Assembly: GCA_009704345.1 (NCBI GenBank)
Contig: WLEH01000001.1
Coordinates: 1-35,373, forward strand
Source of the DNA: Actinomycetota bacterium
GTDB taxonomy: Bacteria; Actinomycetota; Actinomycetes; S36-B12; UBA5976
DNA length: 35,373 bases
Reading direction: 5' to 3'
Shown: positions 19,759 to 27,392 of the stretch, piece by piece
Layout of the letters: the number at the start of each line of letters is the position of its first letter
How positions within the stretch are numbered: the first letter of the stretch is position 1
The notes under the pieces: model-generated
What the model was told of the DNA's origin: nothing
Database searches by the model: none
Seen by the model: the letters and a program-made list of their open reading frames with translations, nothing else
Translations under genes and position numbers: made by a program

Positions 19759-20118
19759 AGTCCCTCTTATCTCTAATTACCTAGGTGTAGTTAAGGGTAG
19801 ATGTTCTCAGAATAACCCTTAATTTGATAGTAGCCACCAGGGGTTACCCACATTCACTAATTCGAGTAACTTCAAATTCAAATTAGTTAGTAGTCGTAGT
19901 AGGTTCGGTGGATTCTGTGGATAACTACTAAAAACCTCACAACAAACCGTAACTCACCTGTGGATAACCTTGGGAAAGGGGATAGGGTGTTTTAACAATT
20001 GCCCACAACTTAACAAGCAAAAAAATCAATCTGTGGGGAACTAGGTAATTACCCCCAACCAATTCACGATTCTTCAGAGAGTTATCCACAAGATCTCCCC
20101 AAACCGTGGATGAGAGGT
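19759..20118. other. oriC: oriC (dnaA-dnaN intergenic replication origin)
   Basis: 360-bp non-coding spacer. Three perfect DnaA boxes: TGTGGATAA at 19916-19924 and 19959-19967, and TTATCCACA at 20082-20090. Degenerate boxes: TTACCCACA 19844-19852, GGTGGATTC 19907-19915, TTGCCCACA 19999-20007, TGTGGGGAA 20032-20040 and CGTGGATGA 20105-20113. An AT-rich stretch lies at 19869-19887. Confidence 0.8.
19888..19902 (+). repeat. DnaA-trio-like trinucleotide run (TAG TAG TCG TAG TAG)
   Basis: Five in-phase trinucleotides, four of them TAG. AT-rich DNA (cttcaaattcaaattag) lies 5' of the run. A 4-nt spacer (gttc) and two abutting same-orientation DnaA boxes (19907-19924) lie 3' of it. Confidence 0.45.
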
Positions 20119-21546
20119 TTAGCCTTTTCGGGCCTCAGTTCTAATTCGGGCGGTTAAATCGGCGATCTGGTTATAAAGGCTTCGGCGCTCTGCCATTAAT
20201 TGTCTAATCTTTCGATCTGCGTGCATCACGGTGGTGTGGTCGCGGCCACCAAAAGCCTGACCAATTTTTGGCAGTGATAAATCAGTTAACTCTCGGCATA
20301 AATACATCGCAATCTGGCGAGCAGTAACTAATACTCGAGAGCGAGATCCACCAGTTAAATCATCCATACTGACACCGAAATATTGCGCGGTTTGCACCAT
20401 AATTAAATTAGAAGTTATTTCTGGCCCAATACTTTCTGGAATAACATCTTTTAAGACAACCTCAGCTACTTCTAATCCAACTGGTTGACGATTTAAGTTA
20501 GCAAATGCCGTAATACGAACCAGCGCACCTTCAAGCTCTCTAATGTTGCTGGAAACTCGAGAAGCGATAAATTCCAAAACCTCTGCTGGCACATTTAGTT
20601 TTTCTTGCGCGGTTTTCTTACGCAAAATAGCAATACGAGTTTCTAAGTCAGGTGGCTGCACATCAGTGATCAATCCCCACTCAAATCGAGAGCGCATACG
20701 ATCTTCAAAGTCCTGCAGCTGCTTTGGTGGTAAATCACTAGTGACAACAATTTGTTTGTTGGCATTGTGAAGCGTATTAAACGTATGGAAAAACTCTTCC
20801 TGGGTCTGCACTTTCCCGCTTAGGAATTGAATATCATCAACTAACAACACGTCAATATCGCGGTATTTACGTTGAAACACACCAGCTTTATCATCACGGA
20901 TTGAGTTAATAAATTCATTAGTAAATTCTTCACTGGAGACATAACGAACCTTTGCACCGTTATAGAGACTTCTGGTGTAATGGCCGATCGCATGTAGTAA
21001 GTGAGTTTTTCCTAATCCTGAACCACCATAAATAAATAATGGGTTATACGCCTTAGCTGGTTGTTCTGCTACTGCTACTGCGGCCGCATGAGCGAATCGG
21101 TTGGATGAGCCGATAACGAAAGTATCGAATGTGTATTTTGGTGATAGTCGTGAATCTGAATCTATTCGTGATGCTGGCGAACCAGTACCTGGTCGATTAA
21201 TTTCTTCATCGAAACTTGGTTGTACTGGTGCGGCATAAGTTGCATCTGCCATCTCATCAGTTAAATCATCATCAAGAGCTGGTGCAATTGACGGATCAAC
21301 TGATACTGCTAACCGAATGTCATGACCAAATTCCGCAGTTAGCGCTCTAATCAAAACTGGTTTTAATCTGGTTTCTAAAACATCCTTGGTAAATTCATTA
21401 GGGCTGGCAATCAGCACTGTGCCTTCCACTAAAGCAAGTGGTCTGGTTAGGGCTACAAAAGCTCGATCTTGGGGAGAAAGGGACACATCGGACAAATGGG
21501 TCAAACTACGTGCCCACACATCTGCTAGATCGATCACTTCTTCCAA
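20119..21546 (-). CDS. dnaA: chromosomal replication initiator DnaA
   Basis: 475 aa. AAA+ Walker A motif GGSGLGKTHLLHAIG and a C-terminal DNA-binding helix (DHTTVMHA). TTG start with an AGGGGGA Shine-Dalgarno sequence 4-5 nt upstream. Confidence 0.97.
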   Translation of the reverse strand: MEEVIDLADVWARSLTHLSDVSLSPQDRAFVALTRPLALVEGTVLIASPNEFTKDVLETRLKPVLIRALTAEFGHDIRLAVSVDPSIAPALDDDLTDEMADATYAAPVQPSFDEEINRPGTGSPASRIDSDSRLSPKYTFDTFVIGSSNRFAHAAAVAVAEQPAKAYNPLFIYGGSGLGKTHLLHAIGHYTRSLYNGAKVRYVSSEEFTNEFINSIRDDKAGVFQRKYRDIDVLLVDDIQFLSGKVQTQEEFFHTFNTLHNANKQIVVTSDLPPKQLQDFEDRMRSRFEWGLITDVQPPDLETRIAILRKKTAQEKLNVPAEVLEFIASRVSSNIRELEGALVRITAFANLNRQPVGLEVAEVVLKDVIPESIGPEITSNLIMVQTAQYFGVSMDDLTGGSRSRVLVTARQIAMYLCRELTDLSLPKIGQAFGGRDHTTVMHADRKIRQLMAERRSLYNQIADLTARIRTEARKG

Positions 21547-21568
21547 GATTCCCCCTAAGAACCAGAAT

Positions 21569-21607
21569 TAATCCACAGATTTAGTGCGGGGGTGGAACTT
21601 ATCCCCA
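21569..21607. promoter_or_regulatory. two near-consensus DnaA boxes upstream of dnaA (candidate autoregulatory site)
   Basis: TAATCCACA at 21569-21577 and TTATCCCCA at 21599-21607, each 8/9 to the consensus. They lie 23-61 nt upstream of the dnaA start codon. Confidence 0.4.
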
Positions 21608-21791
21608 ACCCCCAGCCAAAGCAATAGTGGGGTGAGGTTTTTTTGCGACACGCCGCGATAGTTACCTAATATTTATCAACAGCCCTGGCACCATCTGCGA
21701 CCCTCGCTTGTTGGGGGGCTGAAACTGGTGCGGTATGCTCCGCCCTCGCGATCAAAGCGATCGCAATCCTCGTAGAAGTTTTGGAGCCATC

Positions 21792-21929
21792 GTGAGCAAG
21801 AAAACTTATCAGCCCAACAACCGTCGTCGGGCTAAGAAGCATGGCTTCCGCCAGCGCATGAGCACTCGAGCTGGTCGCGCAATTTTGGCTGCCCGACGCC
21901 GCAAGGGTCGCGCCAAGCTTTCGGCATAA
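21792..21929 (+). CDS. rpmH: 50S ribosomal protein L34
   Basis: GTG at 21792 preceded by GGAG. The product is [45 protein letters not shown] (45 aa), the canonical L34. The ORF-track start at 21735 is an upstream in-frame extension. Confidence 0.95.
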   Translation: MSKKTYQPNNRRRAKKHGFRQRMSTRAGRAILAARRRKGRAKLSA

Positions 21930-21935
21930 CAAGTC

Positions 21936-22277
21936 ATGTTGCCGGCTAAATACCGGTTGCGCCGTCGTGGCGACGTAGCCAATGTGTTAACTAACGGCCG
22001 AAAAACTCCGGCCGGTGTTGTGGTGATTCATTCCTTACCTAAATCTAAGCAACCTAGCGAATTTGCGTTTGTGGTTTCTAAAAAAGTTGGTAATTCTGTA
22101 GTGCGACATCGAGTAACCAGGGTGCTGCGACACATTGTGGCCGATCAAGTAACTAGTTTTGATCCAGCTCAACAAATCGTGGTTAGGGCGCTAAGTAAAT
22201 CGGCAGCAACACCAACACAAGTAATTAAAGATGACTTTGTTGCAGCAGTAGCAAAGGTGAATTCTTATGCTAACTAA
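21936..22277 (+). CDS. rnpA: ribonuclease P protein component
   Basis: Basic 113-aa protein directly after rpmH. Contains LRRRGD and VSKKVGNSVVRHRVTR motifs. Confidence 0.9.
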   Translation: MLPAKYRLRRRGDVANVLTNGRKTPAGVVVIHSLPKSKQPSEFAFVVSKKVGNSVVRHRVTRVLRHIVADQVTSFDPAQQIVVRALSKSAATPTQVIKDDFVAAVAKVNSYAN

Positions 22278-22560
22278 ATTACTTTCATTACCACTAATTT
22301 TAGTAATCAACGGTTACCGAAAATTTATTTCACCCATCACCCCAACTTCTTGCCGATTGCATCCATCATGTTCAACCTATGCACTACAAGCAGTACAAGT
22401 CCATGGTCCAATCAGAGGCTCGCTCCTTTCAGGTTGGCGTTTGCTGCGATGCAATCCATTTACTAAAGGTGGCGTCGATCCAGTGCCAACCAAAGGCAGT
22501 TGGCGACCAGAGATTGATTTAGCTGGAAATCCAAGAGATTTAACGAAAGTAGGAAGTTAA
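22267..22560 (+). CDS. yidD: membrane protein insertion efficiency factor YidD
   Basis: YRKFISPITPTSCRLHPSCSTYALQAVQVHG matches the YidD signature. Confidence 0.9.
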   Translation: MLTKLLSLPLILVINGYRKFISPITPTSCRLHPSCSTYALQAVQVHGPIRGSLLSGWRLLRCNPFTKGGVDPVPTKGSWRPEIDLAGNPRDLTKVGS

Positions 22561-23516
22561 TGAGCACGATATTTGCCCCATTTATTTGGCTTTTTAATCG
22601 ACTAGAAGATCTGGTCTCTTGGATCTTGATTACATTTCATGACTTACTCAGTCCAGTTTTTGGCGCTACTTCTGGTTGGTCATGGAGTTTGGCAATTATT
22701 GGTTTGGTAATTGTGATTCGGATTTTACTTATCCCACTTTTTGTTAAGCAAATCCGGGCGGTTAGAAATATGCAGGCGATTCAACCACAAATTAAAGAAC
22801 TACAAAAGAAGTATGCCGACAACCGGGAAAAGCTTGGCCAAGAGATGATGAAGTTGTATCGGGAAACTGGTACCAATCCATTTTCATCCTGCTTACCAAT
22901 TTTGTTGCAAGCACCAATTTTCTTTGCGCTATTTAGAGTGCTTCAAGGAATTGCACTTAACAAACCAGAAGGCATCTTCGCTAACGAAAACAATCTAATT
23001 CTGGTAGATCAAGCAAGAGAAGCATTAGTTGTTGGTGTGCCAATTTATGCCACGCTAATTAATGCAAATGAAACCCCATCAATTCCTGCAACTATTTCAC
23101 TAACTATCTTCTTGATTTTGTTTATGTCTGCTACCACATTTATTACACAGAAGCAGTTGATTGTTAAGAACTCTGCACCAAACAATCCAATGGTGCAGCA
23201 ACAAAAGATTTTGCTTTATGTTTTCCCAATTATTTTTGCCGTCGGTGGCATTGGTTTCCCAATTGGTGTGTTGATTTATTGGTCAACTACCAACCTGTGG
23301 TCAATGTTCCAGCAGTTCTGGGTGATTAGAAATTCACCAACTCCAGGTTCGCCGGCATATGACGTTTGGGTGAAGCGCAAAGAAGAGAAGCAACGCAAAA
23401 AAGGAATTACCCCAGAACCAGAGAAGTCAGCTGAGCCAGAGCAGCCACCGGCACCTCGACAGCAACCAAAGAAGCAACCACGAGGTAAGCGCAAGAAAAA
23501 TGGCGGCAAAAAATAG
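22560..23516 (+). CDS. yidC: membrane protein insertase YidC
   Basis: Polytopic 318-aa protein with a YidC core (ILLIPLFVKQ..., CLPILLQAPIFFALF) and a Lys/Arg-rich C-terminal tail. Confidence 0.93.
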   Translation: MSTIFAPFIWLFNRLEDLVSWILITFHDLLSPVFGATSGWSWSLAIIGLVIVIRILLIPLFVKQIRAVRNMQAIQPQIKELQKKYADNREKLGQEMMKLYRETGTNPFSSCLPILLQAPIFFALFRVLQGIALNKPEGIFANENNLILVDQAREALVVGVPIYATLINANETPSIPATISLTIFLILFMSATTFITQKQLIVKNSAPNNPMVQQQKILLYVFPIIFAVGGIGFPIGVLIYWSTTNLWSMFQQFWVIRNSPTPGSPAYDVWVKRKEEKQRKKGITPEPEKSAEPEQPPAPRQQPKKQPRGKRKKNGGKK

Positions 23517-23546
23517 TTTCCCGATTTATCCCAAAAGTGAGGTTTA

Positions 23547-24032
23547 ATGAGCGAGAGTCCAGCAGTAAAAGTTGAAGATCTAGAGCGCGAAGCAGATATT
23601 GCCGCGGATTATCTAGAGGAACTACTTGACATAACAGATTTAGATGGTGATATTGAGCTAGATATTGAAGCCGATCGACCACTAGTTGCGATTGAAGGTG
23701 GCGATCTTTCAGTGCTAGTGGGTGAAGATGGCAAAGTGCTGCAGTCACTGCAGGATCTAGCCCGATTGGCGGTGCAGCGAGAGACTGGTGAGCGCAGCCG
23801 ATTGATGCTTGATATTGGCGGCCACCGCTCCGCTCGAAAAGCCACTTTGGCTAAGTTCGGCACTGAAACTGCAGCTAAAGTGATTAAGTCTGGTAAATCA
23901 ATCAAGCTCGAACCAATGAGCGCCTTTGAGCGCAAAGTGGTGCATGATGCGGTGAATGCGGCCGGTGCACTGAGTGAGTCTGAGGGTGAAGAGCCAAACC
24001 GCTACATCGTGGTGTATCCACCTACCTCATGA
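23547..24032 (+). CDS. jag: Jag/KhpB-type KH + R3H RNA-binding protein
   Basis: Acidic N-terminus, KH-like core and an R3H motif (ERKVVHDAV). Conserved yidC-jag-rsmG order. Confidence 0.85.
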   Translation: MSESPAVKVEDLEREADIAADYLEELLDITDLDGDIELDIEADRPLVAIEGGDLSVLVGEDGKVLQSLQDLARLAVQRETGERSRLMLDIGGHRSARKATLAKFGTETAAKVIKSGKSIKLEPMSAFERKVVHDAVNAAGALSESEGEEPNRYIVVYPPTS

Positions 24033-24655
24033 CCAATGTTTCCCGTGAAACATTAATCCTGCAGGCCTACCCCGAAGCAGCTAACCAACTCCAGCAATTC
24101 CACGATCTGCTGGCAGTCGAAGGCCCAATTCGAGGGTTAATTGGCCCCAAAGAGGTAGAAAAACTCTGGGATCGACATATTGGCAATTCCTTAGTGCTGG
24201 AGAGTCTGCTGCCTGAGGGGTGTTCGCTGATTGATATTGGCACCGGGGCTGGCCTGCCAGGTATCCCAATTGCGATAGTTCGCCCTGATCTCGAGATCCA
24301 CCTGGTGGAGCCGATGCAGCGGCGAATCGAGTTCCTGGAGTTGGCGGTAGCCAAATTGGGCCTTTCCAATACTCAAATTCACCGGGCAAGAGCAGAACAG
24401 CTCCATGGGCAATTAGTGGCCGATCTAGTAACTGCCCGGGCGGTTGCCTCAGTTAAGGAGTTGATCGAATGGTGCGAACCACTACTGAACTCCCATGGCA
24501 GGCTAGTGCTGCTCAAAGGGGAGAAAGCTGAGATTGAGCTCAAAGAGGCAAAGCCAACCATGCATAGACATGGCCTAGTGCTAGATGACATTGTGCTGCT
24601 GGGGGAAGACCTCTTGATTGAGCCCACTCGAGCGGTGGTCTTGATCCGAAAATAA
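24029..24655 (+). CDS. rsmG: 16S rRNA (guanine527-N7)-methyltransferase RsmG (GidB)
   Basis: SAM-binding motif DIGTGAGLPGIPIAI. ATGA overlap with jag. The N-terminal MTNVSRETL is encoded by a parS-like sequence. Confidence 0.92.
   Translation: MTNVSRETLILQAYPEAANQLQQFHDLLAVEGPIRGLIGPKEVEKLWDRHIGNSLVLESLLPEGCSLIDIGTGAGLPGIPIAIVRPDLEIHLVEPMQRRIEFLELAVAKLGLSNTQIHRARAEQLHGQLVADLVTARAVASVKELIEWCEPLLNSHGRLVLLKGEKAEIELKEAKPTMHRHGLVLDDIVLLGEDLLIEPTRAVVLIRK
24037..24052. promoter_or_regulatory. parS: parS site (one mismatch) inside the rsmG 5' end
   Basis: TGTTTCCCGTGAAACA against the consensus TGTTTCACGTGAAACA, a 15/16 match. Confidence 0.7.
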
Positions 24656-24670
24656 AACCTGCATCCTGTC

Positions 24671-24686
24671 GGTTTCACGTGAAACA
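24671..24686. promoter_or_regulatory. parS: parS site (one mismatch) in the rsmG-parA spacer
   Basis: GGTTTCACGTGAAACA against the consensus TGTTTCACGTGAAACA, a 15/16 match with a perfect 14-nt palindromic core. It lies 23 nt upstream of the parA start. Confidence 0.8.
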
Positions 24687-24708
24687 ATAGGGGCCTTCAG
24701 GAGGAAAA

Positions 24709-25587
24709 GTGTCAGAACCAGTTACCCAGGTAACCCCGACGGTAAGAATAAAGAAATTACCAGATCTACCTAAACCAGAGCAGACCCGAGTCTTCGCTAT
24801 TGCTAACCAAAAGGGTGGGGTGGGTAAAACCACCTCCACTGTTAATTTGGCGGCAGCTATGGCGCTTAGTGGGTTGCATGTATTGGTGGTAGATGTTGAT
24901 CCGCAAGGCAATGCCTCAACCGCACTTGCAATTGAGCATCCAGTAGGCACTCCTGATGTGTACTCCGTACTTGTTGAGGGCAAACCACTTTCTGCCATTG
25001 TGCAAAGCTGCCCCACTATTCCTGGCTTATTTGTTGCGCCAGCAACAGTTGATCTAACTGGTGCTGAAATTGAATTAGTAAGTGTGGTGGCGCGCGAGTA
25101 TCGATTAGCTCGTGCGATCGATGGATACTTAGCTGAGCACCAAGCAAAACATGGCCGCAAGATTGATTACGTATTGATTGATTGCCCACCAAGTTTAGGC
25201 TTATTAACTTTGAATGCATTAGTTGCAGCTAAAGAAGTTTTAATTCCAATTCAATGTGAGTACTACGCATTAGAAGGTGTTGGTCAGTTAATTGCAAACG
25301 TTGAATTAGTGCGTGAACATTTAAATCCATTATTGGATATCTCAACAATTTTAATGACCATGTTTAATTCAACTACAAAACTTTCACAACAAGTAGTCGA
25401 AGAAGTTAGAACACATTTTGGTGACCGAGTGTTAACTGCAGTAGTACCAAGAGCAGTTAGATTAAGTGAGGCACCCTCTTATTCTCAAACTATTTTTACT
25501 TACGATGGATCATCAATTGGTGCGCAAAGTTATTTAGCAGCAGCAACTGAAATTGCTAATAAAACAATTGGAACTAAACATGACTGA
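24709..25587 (+). CDS. parA: chromosome partitioning ATPase ParA (Soj)
   Basis: Deviant Walker A motif NQKGGVGKTT. GTG start with a GGAGGA Shine-Dalgarno sequence. Confidence 0.95.
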   Translation: MSEPVTQVTPTVRIKKLPDLPKPEQTRVFAIANQKGGVGKTTSTVNLAAAMALSGLHVLVVDVDPQGNASTALAIEHPVGTPDVYSVLVEGKPLSAIVQSCPTIPGLFVAPATVDLTGAEIELVSVVAREYRLARAIDGYLAEHQAKHGRKIDYVLIDCPPSLGLLTLNALVAAKEVLIPIQCEYYALEGVGQLIANVELVREHLNPLLDISTILMTMFNSTTKLSQQVVEEVRTHFGDRVLTAVVPRAVRLSEAPSYSQTIFTYDGSSIGAQSYLAAATEIANKTIGTKHD

Positions 25588-26476
25588 TCGCAGAGGATTA
25601 GGACGTGGACTTGGTGCGTTAATTCCACCAACAGAAACTACAACTACAACCACAAAACCAACCGCCAGTGAAACTGAAGTTGTGCCAGGTTTAATATTGC
25701 GTGAATTACCACTTAATCAAATAGTCCCAAATCCAAAACAACCGCGAACAGTTTTTGATGAAGCAGATTTGGATGAATTAGCGTTCTCACTTAAAGAAGT
25801 AGGATTGTTGCAACCAATTGTGGTGCGTCCAGTTGGTAGTGCTTTTGAAATTGTCGCTGGTGAGCGCAGATGGCGCGCCGCCCAAGCAGCTGGCTTTAGA
25901 ACAATTACCGCGCTAGTTCGAGAAACCAGCGATGAAGTTTTATTGCGTGATGCGTTACTAGAAAATTTACATCGCTCACAATTAAATGCACTGGAAGAAG
26001 CTTCGGCTTATGCGCAATTGCTAGATGATTTTGGTTGCACCCAAGAAGAGTTAGCACAGCGACTTGGTCGATCGCGGCCGCAAGTAACAAATATGTTGCG
26101 ACTACTTAGATTGCCAGTAACAGTGCAACGCAAAGTTGCAGCAGGCGTGCTATCGGCTGGCCATGCTCGCGCTCTGCTGTCATTAGATGATCCAGCTGCA
26201 ATGGAGCGATTAGCTGAGCGCATTATTGCTGAAGGTATTTCAGTTAGATCAACTGAAGAAATTGTTTCGGTGGGTCAGTTAGATAACGGCAAACCAAAAA
26301 CAACTAAACCACGCAAAGGATTACCAGCAGCCGCGTTATCAGTCATGGAGCGATTGGCAGATCGACTGGATACGCGAGTTAAAGTTGAAGGTAATGAAAA
26401 GCGTGGTCGAATTGTAATTGAGTATGCAACAATGGAAGATCTACGACGGATAACTGAACTTATCGATCGAGATTAG
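25580..26476 (+). CDS. parB: chromosome partitioning protein ParB (Spo0J)
   Basis: The N-terminus MTDRRGLGRGLGALIP, the arginine patch GERRWRAA and a helix-turn-helix region are present. I prefer the ATG at 25580 (8-nt overlap with parA) over the ORF-track start at 25553. Confidence 0.95.
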   Translation: MTDRRGLGRGLGALIPPTETTTTTTKPTASETEVVPGLILRELPLNQIVPNPKQPRTVFDEADLDELAFSLKEVGLLQPIVVRPVGSAFEIVAGERRWRAAQAAGFRTITALVRETSDEVLLRDALLENLHRSQLNALEEASAYAQLLDDFGCTQEELAQRLGRSRPQVTNMLRLLRLPVTVQRKVAAGVLSAGHARALLSLDDPAAMERLAERIIAEGISVRSTEEIVSVGQLDNGKPKTTKPRKGLPAAALSVMERLADRLDTRVKVEGNEKRGRIVIEYATMEDLRRITELIDRD

Positions 26477-27392
26477 TTATTAGTTTCAAAAATACTTCAC
26501 CTAAATCTAAACCTGCCGCAGCAATGGCCTGTGGGAACAAACTAGTTTCAGTCTGACCTGGATTAATGTTTACTTCTAAGAACCAGATATTCCCAGTAGC
26601 ATCAACAATCAAATCCGTTCTAGAAATATCTTTTAACCCAAGAGCTTTATGCATCTTTGTTGCGATTTCATTTGCTTGCGCTGCAATATCAGGATTAATT
26701 CGAGCTGGCACAAAGAATTCAGTCATACCTGCGGTGTAGCGGCAGTCATAATCGTATAGATCATGATCTGGCACAATCTCCACAATGGGCAAAGTGGTTA
26801 ACCCGGTTTTATCTTCCAATACACAAACTGCAATCTCAGTGCCGGTGATGTATGGCTGCATCAACACAACAGAACCATAGGAAAACGCAGTAACCATCGC
26901 GCCTGGTAATTCCTCTTTCGTTTTGACAACAGTTGCACCCAACGCCGATCCACCATGACTTGGCTTAACCACCATCGGTAGGCCAATTGAACTAATCGCA
27001 GACTCCAGCAGTGCGGTGGCACCTAATGACTTAAATGCTTCTTGTGGCAGCACAATTGATTTAGGAACAGTTACGCCAGCAGCGGCTGCTACTTGATTAG
27101 CAATTGGTTTTTCAAATGCAATTCGAGCGGCAGCTGAAGGCGAACCCACTGTTTTATAACCTGCCACATCTAATACTTCACGTAATGAACCATCTTCCCC
27201 AACTTGACCGTGAACTAACGGCAACACCGCATCCGGATTGATTTTTCGCAGCTCTGGTAATAGATCTGCATCAATATCAACTTCAATTACTTCTTGACCT
27301 TTTTCGCGAAGCGCTTGTGCTACCCGTCGGCCAGATCGCAGTGAAACTTCTCGCTCAGCAGATAATCCGCCTGCTAAAACTGCAATTTTCAT
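26460..27392 (-). CDS. ddl: D-alanine--D-alanine ligase
   Basis: ATP-grasp fold. The N-terminus is MKIAVLAGGLSAEREVSLRSG and the C-terminus contains LEVNINPGQTETSL. The 3' end overlaps the parB 3' end by 17 nt. Confidence 0.93.
   Translation of the reverse strand: MKIAVLAGGLSAEREVSLRSGRRVAQALREKGQEVIEVDIDADLLPELRKINPDAVLPLVHGQVGEDGSLREVLDVAGYKTVGSPSAAARIAFEKPIANQVAAAAGVTVPKSIVLPQEAFKSLGATALLESAISSIGLPMVVKPSHGGSALGATVVKTKEELPGAMVTAFSYGSVVLMQPYITGTEIAVCVLEDKTGLTTLPIVEIVPDHDLYDYDCRYTAGMTEFFVPARINPDIAAQANEIATKMHKALGLKDISRTDLIVDATGNIWFLEVNINPGQTETSLFPQAIAAAGLDLGEVFLKLITNLDR

Noticed and set aside
21628-21647. A T7 run preceded by ACCCC...GGGGT in the dnaA-rpmH spacer that looks terminator-like on the plus strand.
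   Set aside because: The stem is only 5 bp with a loop of about 16 nt, and no plus-strand gene lies upstream to terminate. It is more likely just part of the AT-rich divergent promoter region.
21666-21932. 88-aa minus-strand ORF antisense to rpmH, and the 5' extension of the rpmH frame to 21735.
   Set aside because: The canonical 45-aa L34 starts at GTG 21792 with its own GGAG. The antisense ORF is an Ala/Ser-rich artefact of the Arg-codon-rich (CGN) rpmH sequence.
21690-22020. Second GC-rich patch over rpmH and the rnpA 5' end, with about 31-40 G+C per 60-nt line by hand count.
   Set aside because: It is largely explained by the extreme Arg/Ala content of L34 and the basic N-terminus of RnpA. 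The evidence for a recombination tract is much weaker than at 23700-25150.
23609-25160. Cluster of long antisense ORFs on the minus strand opposite jag, rsmG and parA (23609-23935, 24067-24369, 24081-24389, 24191-24412, 24379-24687, 24675-25160).
   Set aside because: They lie opposite genes with clear catalytic motifs, have no Shine-Dalgarno sequences, overlap one another in different frames and give low-complexity Ser/Arg/Pro-rich translations. They are the expected by-product of locally raised GC. I use them only as supporting evidence for the composition shift.
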